Shown one piece after another: positions 1-11,400 of a stretch of 64,000 bases of DNA (within the stretch, counting starts at the first letter, position 1; each line of letters begins with the position of its first letter). Where the stretch lies: the NCBI GenBank assembly GCA_012295275.1, contig CM022670.1, forward strand, positions 12,710,001 to 12,774,000, written 5' to 3'. Source of the DNA: Chrysomallon squamiferum. Its lineage: Eukaryota; Animalia; Mollusca. The translations under genes and the position numbers were made by a program. The notes under the pieces were generated by a model. It did no database searches and was not told the DNA's origin. It worked only from the letters and a program-made list of their open reading frames with translations.

Positions 1-301
1 CGGTAAAACGACATGTACTTCCTGTCCGAGCTCGCGCTTTCCTCGCTGATTAGCCAATTACGAAGCAGCTTTCTAACAGCGCGGCCGGAAATCGTGCGTT
101 TCTCTTGCAGCCTGTCTACCCACTGATACGGTCATTATCTGGCATGTTTCCTGCAGCTGATGAAACAATCGCCTACATGAAAATACTTAATTAGCAGTGA
201 ATAAACAGATTCATGCTGAATTAGGCTGATTTTGACAAATGATCGGATGTGGTGGCTTGACAGTGTCCTCAGATATGTTGATGCATTGAGTATAGAGAGA
301 G

Positions 302-339
<38 letters not shown>
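302..339 (+). repeat. Poly(A) run (38 nt)
   Basis: Directly visible homopolymer. Confidence 0.95.
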
Positions 340-347
<8 letters not shown>

Positions 348-364
348 GATAGAATTTAGATTTC

Positions 365-617
365 AAAAATTTAAGACTTTAGGAAGAGTGAACTTTAATG
401 AACCTGGTTCAGAAGATTAAATATTACAGCAGGATTTGCAAAACATTCAGTATTCTATGCTATTAGAGTTTCAAATCTTTCTATCGTTTGAAGAAAAAAC
501 ATCTAATAGGTTTTGTTAAGTAGCTAAATACAGAAAGAGAATGAGGAAACATTGAGATATGGAATACTTCTGAAACAGGTTCATTAAAGTCAATTCTTCC
601 TAATGCCTTAAACTTTT
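365..617. mobile_element. Foldback/MITE-like element with ~51-bp inverted arms; possibly Kolobok-type non-autonomous element (core 375-607 between TTAA sites)
   Basis: 365-415 and the reverse complement of 567-617 match at 44/51 positions by manual alignment. TTAA at 371-374 and 608-611 with RR...YY termini (GA...CC), as described for Kolobok. Weaker inner inverted match (ctattagagttt / aaacatctaatag). No ORF. Confidence 0.6.
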
Positions 618-1759
618 AAAAGTTTTTTGTTCTTTTTTTCTTTTTTTTTTTTTTTTTTCTTTTGGCTTTTTTCGTTTTCTCCATTAAGTTTTGATCGCTG
701 ATGTTGCTACTGTTATTACAGTTTCGACTTAGTTGTTATTTTTATTATTGCATCACCATAAGAAACTATTTAAATGGATCTAAGTTAAATTACATCCGAC
801 GTCAGACTTTCTCAAAAGGTGAACATTTTTAACAACCTATTATGTCATATGTCATTTAAAACAAATTTCCTCTCACTTTCCATTTCATTTCCTTTCCATA
901 TTCATTCGTTTTGTCCGCTTGATTAGACAGTCGTGAAGACTAAATGTTTGTTGTTGTAATAGAACAGAAATTTAATTCAAAATCGTTTATCCTCGATTAT
1001 CACGAATGGAAAGGTTTGTACGTAGCACAATTTACCCTTTTCTTCCGTGTCGAATGTCCATTTCCGATTAATCGCAATAAAAGGTAACAAAACGGAAGTC
1101 GCCTGCCCTTTTTAAAATTGTTGAAATCATCGGTCACATGATAGGATACTAAACATTTTTTTTTTTTTTTTTAAATCGCCATTTTTATACTTTTATTTAC
1201 TTTTACTAAAATCACGTTAAAATACTGTAAATAATAATAATAATATGATCCAACAACCTAAGAGTCTTTTATTCTATTCTTTGTTATGTTTATCCACCAA
1301 AGGATCGTGCACATGTTCCAAGGACTCACATGTCTGCGTACCTTTTCTAGAGGTGATCCGAATACCTGTTATACTTAAATTCCAATGTGAACTAAAACAA
1401 CATAATCACAAAACAGCTGATATGTTGTTCTCATCTAAATTATAGCGAATTGCTTCACATTACGTTAAATGACTGGATCGATGTCTCTAAATATACACCA
1501 TAGATTATTTATTTATATATACATTGCATTACTTCCTAAATTGCGAATTAGTGATCACGAACTTATGTGATTGATTGCTTGCTCTCATATTTTAGTACGT
1601 TTTGTATAGTTAATGATATCGGAAAAAAAGAAAGATGAAACTGGTTAAAACTTTTATACAAAACAAAATTGTCAACTCCTTTCAATAATTCTACATTTAG
1701 TAAAGTGTTCAATAAACAAACTAAATTATGAATTCCGTGATGCATCAATGAACACATAA

Positions 1760-1848
1760 TATACATACATACATACACACAGATATTCATACATACACAC
1801 ATACATTCATACATACACACATACATTCATACATACACACATACATAT
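1760..1848 (+). repeat. (ATAC)/(AC)-derived repeat with ~20-bp higher-order unit attcatacatacacacatac
   Basis: Three near-identical 20-mers visible at about 1785-1845. Confidence 0.8.
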
Positions 1849-2094
1849 AGATATAAAATACAAACGAACACGTACAGAAACACTCCACATTGATCTATGT
1901 GCTCGGCTGTTTTCAGGCACAGTGAGACACTGATTAACAAACAGATTTGTGTGTCTGATCCGTACAAGCGATTCTCGTGGGTATTTAAGCATTTATTTCC
2001 TTGCGTGCTCAGCAATTGCTTTGTTCAGTAAGACACAGATAACATTATACAGAAGTTCTGATTACCTGCACAGAATCTTAGCTGGATACCAGCT

Positions 2095-2410
2095 TGTTTC
2101 TTGCTTTCTCTCTGTTTCACTATATTCTGTTTCTTGCTTTCTCTCTGTTTCACTATATTCTGTTTCTTGCTTTCTCTCTGTTTCACTATATTCTGTTTCT
2201 TGCTTTGTCTTGTCTCATTACATTCTGTTCCTTGCTTTCTCTCTGTCTCACTATATTATATTTCTTGCTTTCTCTCTGTCTCACTATATTCTGTTTCTTG
2301 CTTTCTGTGTCTCACTATATTCTGTTTCTTGCTTTCTATCTGTCTCACTATATTCTGTTTCTTACTTTCTCTCTGCCTTATTACATCCTGTTTCTTGCTT
2401 TCTCTCTTCT
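2095..2410 (+). repeat. 33-bp minisatellite (ctatattctgtttcttgctttctctctgtttca), about 9 copies
   Basis: Tandem copies visible directly. They generate the repetitive ORFs 1949-2470, 2094-2645 and 2101-2439. Confidence 0.95.
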
Positions 2411-2853
2411 CACTTTATTCTCTATTTATGTTTGTATGAATATGAGCCTGTATCTATATGTATATGTTAGTATATGTGGTTTGTTCTTACATATATATAG
2501 GCGTACTTTCAAAATTATTGTGCATATCACTTGCATGGGTATACGCTTTAGAGTATCGATCCAGCAAGCCATTATATATCGAGACACAATCAGACTGTTT
2601 GTGGAGAAGAAAGGTATGGGAATCTGTTCTATATTTATTACCTGAGTAACCCATAACACAGTATTACTATTCGTTAATCGATAAATAATTTTTGCGTCCA
2701 GGATTGTGAGAAAAGAAAGACAGATCTTCAGAAAGTAATCGAATTAGTGATTTTCTGTGTAATCTCTACAGATCCGTCAGCAAGTCTTCGAAATAATCCA
2801 GTATAATCATAACAAAATGTCAAAATGACACGACATGCACATTATTATACTTG

Positions 2854-2854
2854 A

Positions 2855-2905
<51 letters not shown>

Positions 2906-2921
2906 CATCATCATCATCATC
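2854..2921 (+). repeat. (ATT)n-(ATC)n compound microsatellite
   Basis: Directly visible. Confidence 0.95.
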
Positions 2922-2985
2922 TACACACAATATTTTGTTGCTCTTTTTAATAATTTTTAATTTTATTTATTTATTTATATTTTGA

Positions 2986-3048
2986 ATGTATGTTTGTGTG
3001 TACGTGTGTGCGTGCGGTTGTCCGTGTTTGTGTGTGTGTGTGTGTGTT

Positions 3049-3089
<41 letters not shown>
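2986..3089 (+). repeat. (TG)n microsatellite, imperfect 5' part
   Basis: Directly visible. Confidence 0.95.
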
Positions 3090-3092
<3 letters not shown>

Positions 3093-3852
3093 TCAGGCAG
3101 TTTTCCAGTTCTCTCGCAAAAACACACAATGTGGACAAACAAACATAACTATACATCTGCACATTTACACACAAAAGCCTTCGAACATGAATGGATTACC
3201 TACAGGAATTCAAGTCACATCAAGTCAAAATTGGCTTGTTACGCCTTCGCTATGCACACGAATGTACATCAGATTTAGAAGACGAGTTCTGTAACAGCTC
3301 TTAATTACCTAATTCAACGTGCAGCCGTAAAAACAAAATAGAATGAACTTCTAAAATCATAACAAGTAAAACTCGAGTGGATGTTTAAAGGTTTTACCGT
3401 TCGAATACGTAATTTCAGTAACTGCTTTATTTTGTAAAGTTAGTTGACGCTTAAGAAATAACAGTGATTTGCTTGTGGCTTTTCCTGGGTTTTTCTTTTT
3501 TTGTTGTTGTTGTTTTTTTTCAATTTCTGAGACATGTAAATTAGAATCTCTAGGGAGTAAAATGGCAGAATAACAAAGATAGTTATTTTCTTACTTTTTG
3601 TACAGCAACTCTCACAGGGATGAGGTATTTACTGGTCGTAAGATCAGTCCGCCTTAAAGCGCCCACTCCATCCATTTCTTCACTGCATGAAGCAAAGCCG
3701 ATGAACTTATTATGTTTAATGGAAACCGTATTAAAAAAAGACCCCTTGATGCTAGTTGGTTGTCCAAGAGAAGAGCCAGCAGATTTCCGCTTATATCATA
3801 TTATACAAAGAACGTGTATTATTTCATAATTCCATCCAGTTTTCAGATAGGT

Positions 3853-3960
3853 ACATTCTGTTTCTTGCTTTCTCTCTGTTTTACCTATATTTTGTCTTAG
3901 AACTTGCTTTCCCTCTGTCTTACTATATTCTGTTTATTGCATTTCCTCTGTTTCACTATA
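3853..3960 (+). repeat. 33-bp minisatellite, second array, left of the Tigger insertion
   Basis: Same unit as 2095-2410. Ends tttcacta-TA at the transposon boundary. Confidence 0.85.
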
Positions 3961-4699
3961 CAGTGGTACCTTGAGTTACGAGTGCTCTAACTTACGAGTC
4001 TTCCAAGATACGAGCAGTCGCCTGGTCGATATTTTGTTCTTAGTTGCGAGCCAGAATCCGAGTTACGAGCGAGCTTCAGATGCGCCACCGCTCGTTGGCG
4101 CAATGAACAATACAACATCCGCCCTTCATTCCGCTTCTCACTAGTTTGCTTCACGTGGTTACCTCGCCCTGGAAGCATCTCTGTTGTGTTGTGCTCGCGT
4201 TTTGTGCAGTATTTTGCCAAATTTCCATGGATTCTATGAAAGTGAGTGCAAAGGACAGTGCTGAGAACAAGAAGGTAATTCATGTCCATTGAATTAAAGC
4301 ATAAAAATCATAAGAAAAACATGTAATCAACATGGCTAGGCAGTACGAGCATAGTACTTTTACGATATGTACCATACTGAAGCAGACGGAGTCGATAAAG
4401 GCTTTAACTCCAGCCATGGGGGTTAAAATAATTTCTAAGCTGCGGACCCCTGTCCATGAAAAGATGGAGAACCCTAACCCTGTACACTTTACAAAACCAA
4501 TTTATATCTTTACATTCTCTTTTATTTTGTTTTTCTACATTATTTGTCATTAATACATACATTTTTCTTATTTAAAAACACGTTACAAAAAAAAAAAGAA
4601 TGTGATGGTTTGGGGGAATTTCATTTGGGAAAACTGATTTGATATACGAGCAACTTGAGTTGCGAGTTCGAATTAAACTCGTAAGTCAAGGTACCGCTA
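3961..4699 (+). mobile_element. Internally deleted Tigger/pogo-family (Tc1/mariner superfamily) DNA transposon
   Basis: TIRs CAGTGGTACCTTGAGTTACGAGT (3961-3983) and 4677-4699 match 20/23. TA on both sides (3959-3960, 4700-4701). Repeated subterminal TACGAG/TGCGAG motifs. Contains a transposase N-terminal remnant. Confidence 0.92.
4227..4470 (+). pseudogene. Frameshifted N-terminal fragment of a Tigger-type transposase (CENP-B-like HTH region); DDE domain absent
   Basis: Reads MDSMKVSAKDSAENKK, frameshift, then MARQYEHSTFTICTILKQTESIKALTPAMGVKIISKLRTPVHEKME. This resembles the 'ARQY..STICTILK..ESIK...EMEKLL' pattern I recall for Tigger/TIGD1-like transposases. Similarity stops at about 4470. 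Confidence 0.85.
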
Positions 4700-4980
4700 T
4701 ATTCTGTTTCTTGCTTCTCCCCGACTTACATACATTCTGTCTAAGATCTTGCTTTCCCTCTGTCGCCTGTATTCTGTTTCTTGCTTTCCCTCTCTTTCAC
4801 GATATTCTGTCTCTTGCTTTTTCTCTGTCTCACTATATTCTGTTCTTGTTTTGTCTCTGTCTCACTATATTCCGTTTCTTGCTTTTTCTCTGTCTCACTA
4901 TATTCTGTTTCTTGGTTTGTTTCTATTTCACTGTATTCTGTTTCTTGCTTTGCCTGAGTCTTACTATTTTCTGTTTTCAC
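4700..4980 (+). repeat. 33-bp minisatellite, continuation right of the Tigger insertion (about 8 degenerate copies)
   Basis: Resumes TA-ttctgtttcttgc exactly in the phase interrupted at 3960. Confidence 0.9.
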
Positions 4981-5321
4981 TGTAGCTTGTTCACAAACTG
5001 AAGTACACAGCTATCCATTATGTAATCGAACTTTTAGACAGAAATATCTAAGAAAGATTTTATGTACACCAGACTTAATGAATTAAGTGTCTCTTTAATA
5101 ACCGTATTGAAAGCCAGACATCGCTCAATAACCTTTTTGACATTTGCAAACTCAACCGCAAATATTTTATTTTACACTTACCAAGATAACTGACAATTTT
5201 GCTAACGCCGACCCTAACGCGACGAATTATATTAATAAGTATGTGGTGTTTCCAATAACTTCAACTTCTTACAATTCTTTGTTTTTGTTTTCTTTCTTGC
5301 GTTCTTGTTTCTTCTCTTTTT

Positions 5322-5436
<115 letters not shown>

Positions 5437-6277
5437 CGCTCTCTTTCTCTGTCTTTGTATAATAGAATAGATCTTTGTTTATTCTCACCGCTAATTGTCT
5501 CAATGAAACACTAAAACATATATTAATAATAATAATAATCATAATCATAAAGCAAGCTTAGGTAAATCTTTAAAAGTATATATGAATTTGGAGATAGATA
5601 ATTATTTGCTGTTAAAGAATATACAAAAGATATTCAAAGACGTTATTTAGAACGTTAAAGGTGTCTTTCATGTGTTGTGTACAATTTCAAAACGAATCAG
5701 CAGCACTGACTACCTCTCATCTGTCTCTCTCTTTACTTATTTATTTATTTTAACTATCTTCATCATTATTATCATCGTTGCTAATACTGTATGTATGTGT
5801 TTTATGTTTTGTGTACATGCATGGATATACGTTATGTATTTCTTTATATGTGCGTACTAAACATTTTATATCTAGTACATATATATACTGTTACATGTAT
5901 GGGCAAGTAAACGGGTGTTACCGGGTTTTCTCGTTCAAAATCCACAGTTTCTTTACATCTAACATAATGTTCCCTTGTCTGATTTAAAACAAATCTTTTT
6001 TACCTTAAGTGTAAATGCAGGTTATTATTATTTTGGAAAGGAAACTATGTAGCTTCTCACCGATGTATCAGAATGTATCTTCGATTGGTACCAGGCTTCC
6101 AGGCAATTAAAGTCCAACATTTAGCCTGTATTATATTTATTTAGCAGATCGTTTATCAAAGTAAATGGGGTTGTCAATACTGTACTCATCTGTAAACGGG
6201 GATATCGGTCGACAGCAGAGTATCTGCCACTGACATACTTGTTAAACTAAACAAAGCGGCCAGAGGCAGTTACATGA

Positions 6278-6393
<116 letters not shown>

Positions 6394-6793
6394 GACAGAT
6401 AAAAACAATCTTCATGCATATAGTTAACTGACATTAAGTATTTTGTATTGATAAATATAAAACAATGAATCCAAAATTTTTCAAATGCTGAGATATCTGC
6501 CATCATGTCTGTCAGAACCTTTTAAAGGAGTCAACTTGTTTTCTCTTTGTTTATGCCATTTCAGAAAAGAACAATATTTAATAAAAGTACAGTCACTATT
6601 AATAATACATTGTGTTTATTTCTCAATTAATATACTTAATAATAGATACCATGCTGAAGATATCTCGAAATTTTAATTCTGAATAATGGGTCTATATTCA
6701 AGTTACTCTAGTGTACAAACGAAAGCCTATTTATTCAACACTTTGCACATGTCATTACAATGGTGTGGTTACATCATAGCTTAGACAATTCTA

Positions 6794-6824
<31 letters not shown>

Positions 6825-7006
6825 TGACTTATGATAACATATGTTGATTTTTTGCTTACAATATGACCAAAAAAAAAAAAAAAAAGAAGAAGAAGAGCAG
6901 AAAAAAAGAAAGGATTGCCAGGAGGAATAATTTGCACTTTACGATTATCTGTGGAAAATCGTCCACCTGATACAAAACAAAACAAAGGTTAAGTTGTCGC
7001 TGAAGG

Positions 7007-7112
7007 TAATGTTTCCGTCCGCAAATCTGTGTCAATGGCCCTAAAATGAGAAAGAAAACTGTCGATTATAAAGCCATAATGCCCAGCACAATAATGTAAT
7101 TGTCAGATTTGT
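7007..7112 (+). repeat. Copy 1 of a diverged ~105-bp direct repeat (partner 8167-8269)
   Basis: Colinear shared blocks taatgttt..gtccgca, gtcaatg.ccc, gaaaa.t.tc, cag.a.aataatgtaa.tgtca.atttgt. Confidence 0.65.
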
Positions 7113-7243
7113 CAAGCCACGAATACAAATTATGAAAGATCGGCAGATTTTTTTTTTATTATTTTAATGATAATAAGCAACGAGTCAGACCTGAAAGTGA
7201 AATACGTCAAGTTGAGAAAGGGGTGAGAATATGTACGTGTGTA

Positions 7244-7305
<62 letters not shown>

Positions 7306-7659
7306 CGAACGAGAGAGCGAGAGAGAGAATGAGATAAACAGACCAATAAAACATAAGAGATTTCGGAGAAATATGTCGAGATGGAGATTAAAAAGAGAAA
7401 AAAAGAAAATTCAAAAGAGATAACACAAGGAAGAAAGAGAAAAGAGGTGACGTGAACGAGAACATTCCTACTTTTAAAGAAACGTAACAAGTTCACTTAT
7501 CTATTATTAATACAAAGAACTCTTTCCTGGCAAAAAAAGAAAAGAGACTGAAATTAACATATGTCAGATAAGAGATGATTACTTTACCAGCTGAATCCTA
7601 ACACAGAGATAATAAGGACACTTTTTTCATGAAATCTGTCTATTTATTTACTGGAAGCT

Positions 7660-7772
7660 ATTGTCGTTGTTGTTGTTGTTGTTGTTTTTTTTATTGTCGT
7701 TACTCTTGTTGCTATCTTTTGTTGTTACTGTTATCACCATCATCAACATCATCATCATCATCATCATTGTTA

Positions 7773-7804
<32 letters not shown>

Positions 7805-7826
7805 GCTGTTATTATTATTATTATTA
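7660..7826 (+). repeat. Compound trinucleotide microsatellite (TTG/ATC/ATT)
   Basis: Directly visible. Confidence 0.9.
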
Positions 7827-8166
7827 AAGTTAAGTGAAATACTTTTCTCTATTTTACAGTTATGAAACTTATATTTGTAATATAAGATAAGCTACAGACA
7901 ATTATAACAGCACCTTATCATAATGTTTACATGTGGTGGCGCTAGTCAAAATACTCACATATACTTGTTTTCGAACAATTTTTGTAATGATATTGTGATA
8001 ATATGATAAGAAAAAATTATCATCGAGCCTCCCATTTTTTTTATAATTGTAATGCTGACGTTACGTATTACATATTTATACGTTTAAATAAAAAAATAAA
8101 CAAACAATAAAATATTAAATAAATAAATAAATAAGCAAGCAAGCAAGCAAAGTAAAATGGCAAATT

Positions 8167-8269
8167 TAATGTTTTTGTCCGCAGATAGGTCAATGACCCA
8201 AAACCAGAGGGAAAAGTATCAAGTAGGATGCAAAAATACTCAGTATAATAATGTAAATGTCATATTTGT
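8167..8269 (+). repeat. Copy 2 of the diverged ~105-bp direct repeat (partner 7007-7112)
   Basis: Manual alignment to 7007-7112. Confidence 0.65.
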
Positions 8270-8388
8270 TATATTTTTATGCAATTTTTTCCAAGTCTTG
8301 ATGGTTGTTTTAATGTAAATCAAATTTCTAGTCGAGTTTTCTGTGTCCAACGATTGATTATAATTTTTCTCTTCTTTTAATGTTTTTT

Positions 8389-8433
<45 letters not shown>

Positions 8434-11400
8434 CATCTTTAGCTAAAAGCTATCATCTTCACATTGCGTTGTTGGGAATTCTATAAATAAAATTCAGTTT
8501 GAAAAAGACAGAAAAGCTTTGTTATTTCGCAAAAATTTATATTTTTTATTTTTATTTTATTTTATTTTATTTTTTTTTTTTTTTTTTTTTTTTCTGAAGT
8601 GAATAATACTGAAAACACTGAGACCTGAAATACATTAAGCATTAAAGATATTTGTTGTTTGTTCATGTTTTACTGGAAAACAAAAGAACCAAAAGAAAGA
8701 AAATAAATAACATAGAATGATTTAAAAGAAAGCAAGGAGATTAGAAATAGAAAATTCAGTACTGGTGTTCTTAGATTTCGTCATCTCACATTGTAAATCA
8801 CATAAAATGATCACTTAAACTGACAGTTTTTTATCTAATGTTTTTTTATTATCTGTATTTCAGTGTCATCTTTTCACATATCTTTCTGTACATCTGTCTA
8901 TCTGGTGTTTTTTATACGTCTAGATTCCTTTTATTTTATTTTAATTATTATACATTTTTTTTAATTTATTTATCTGTTTTAATGTTTTCTTGAGTGTCTT
9001 GTTTTGCTAATTTGTTTTAAATATTTTTGTTCTGTTCATTCATTGATCAGGCTGTTGGTTTATCTATTCATCTACACAACATCTATATATATGACTATCA
9101 GAATCACAATTAAAACAGAGAAAAGTATTTCACTTAACTTAGACCATCGTTTTATACATTAAAAATATGTTTGAAAATAATGCTACATAAATCCATCTTA
9201 TGCAGAAGAGGAAAAAAAATTTTCACGGCCACATCACTAAGACCATAACAAGAGTGCTCTTCCTAATCGATATAGCATTGTATGTTTGAACCATAAGCTA
9301 CTATATCCTCTAATGAGTTAATTATGTTGCAGCAATCTGCAGATACAACTAAGACCCAGCCATACTTACAGAGGACAATGAAGTCGACGTCGCCACATAC
9401 ACTGTGATCAATAAAAACTAATCAGCTTTGTTCAACTCCAAGGAACATGAATTTCGGTCCATTTCGGTCCATTGCGGTAACTGGGAGTATGATACTATTT
9501 TCGGTCAATCAATGCGTTTCGTACGAGCGTGAATTAATCTCGTAGACCACTTTCCTCAGTTCGAGGATTCATAATTACATGCTGACAGACAGAATTTCTG
9601 AATTCATACTTTTGTGGTTTTCGTGTGAAGGCGGCTTTCAGTGTTTCATGCAAGAGAGAACTCCGCCGCTTTCAGTCCAGCAAACCAAGAAAACCTGCCA
9701 TTGTTCGCGGCACTTAACGGTGTAAGAACAAATGTCAAATCAGAGTCTGTGCCGAGAGTAAGAGACTTTGAACGCCACTTGTAAGAATAACAGTGGCAAA
9801 AGACAGTTCCATGCTTATGGGCTGGACGAAAAGAAATTCTGCAGCCTTTCAAATGGTATTCAAATGATTCCCATGCAATACCACAAAGGCTTGATGCCGC
9901 TGTCTACGATATCTCGAAGCAGAATCAGTTGACCGAATGGACATTCAGACTAAAATAATTTTTCATTTTTTGATGCCTGTCATGAACGAGACATTTAATA
10001 ACTATGGAGGAAAGATGCTGTTTTGAACTCGTAAAATGTAACATCGAGCTCTGAGGCGATAATGTATTTACATTTTTGTTATTTATAGGTCGAGGATTTC
10101 AGTGTTCCTGTCCAGACAAATTAGAAGTAAAAAGTAAACCAATTTCACTAAAATAAAGCCTTACTGAAATGATGGTAAAACGTTTAAATGTAAGCCAAGA
10201 ATTTGATTATAGGATTTTCGTACAAACACTGGGATCGCGCGTTACTTAGATGTTTATACTTTGCTACTGGATTCAGTGATTATAATAATATGATGCGATG
10301 TTCTTGTATTCTAGATTTATTCTAGATTTAAATGGATGTATGTCGAAAGTTTTGACACAGATACAGAGACGGACGAACTGACAAAGATAGACGAAACGGA
10401 CATAGAAATTAGATACTAAATAAAACTAGATATCAGTTTCAAAAGAACGACTATTAATATATATCTAATGAGAAAAGAACGATTAAATAAATTATGTTAC
10501 TAATACAATTTATAACAAGAATAAATTTTAAATGATTCTTTTTACAGTGCAAAACGAGGATGCAAATTCACAGTTTTCTGATCTTGTTTTGTATGGATGG
10601 ATGGATACTTCATCTGACGTATGGATGAATTTATTTATGTGTGAGTGTGCGTACCTGCATATGTATGTGTATGAGTATATTTTTCTATCAGTTCTTCCCC
10701 CCCCCACTCTCTCTCTCTTCGTTTTTGCCTTGAGTTTCACACTACAGGACACACGACAACGATGACTTCAGCCAAAAAAAAAAAAAAAAGAAAAAAAAAT
10801 CCCAGACGAAAATCATAATAAATAGTTTTCAAGCGAATGGTACTAGAAATTTATGTTATGTAAAACCTATTATTTTGCTCTGGAAGGCAGATAACTGAAG
10901 GGAATGTTGATTTACTGTCAATCTATCCATCTATCTGAATGTCCATCGACATACCTACTTATCAACATCTCTAGTTGCCCATCTATTAACTTTCTTTAAT
11001 CCATATTTTTTTTTTTTTTTTTTTTTTTTAGTAGTTTCGTATATTAAATGTCTTGCTGAAGAAATTGGATCTTTTTTTTTTTTTTTTTCAATTTTTTTAA
11101 GATCTTTAATTTCATAGTCATGCATTTCATCAACAGTCCATCAAAATTACCATAATCACCTCGAGATTGGAAACTGCGGACACTTTTCAGTTATCAATGT
11201 TTCACGTTTCAGAAGGAAGATGAATTCTTGACTATTAATTTTACTTCCAAATTGCACAACTCTTCATTAAGATGTTTCAGAGGTGCCGCTCAAGAGACCG
11301 TTCCTTTTGAGTTCTGCTGTACACTTGTGGCACTCGTCATCTCACTTGTTCGCAGTTAAATCGTATTAATGGAATTTTTTAATAATCTGCAAGAATCACT

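Noticed and set aside
1949-2645. Long ORFs (173-183 aa) with repeated SLYSVSCFL / HYILFLAF motifs
   Set aside because: Translations of the 33-bp minisatellite, open in several frames only because the unit lacks stops.
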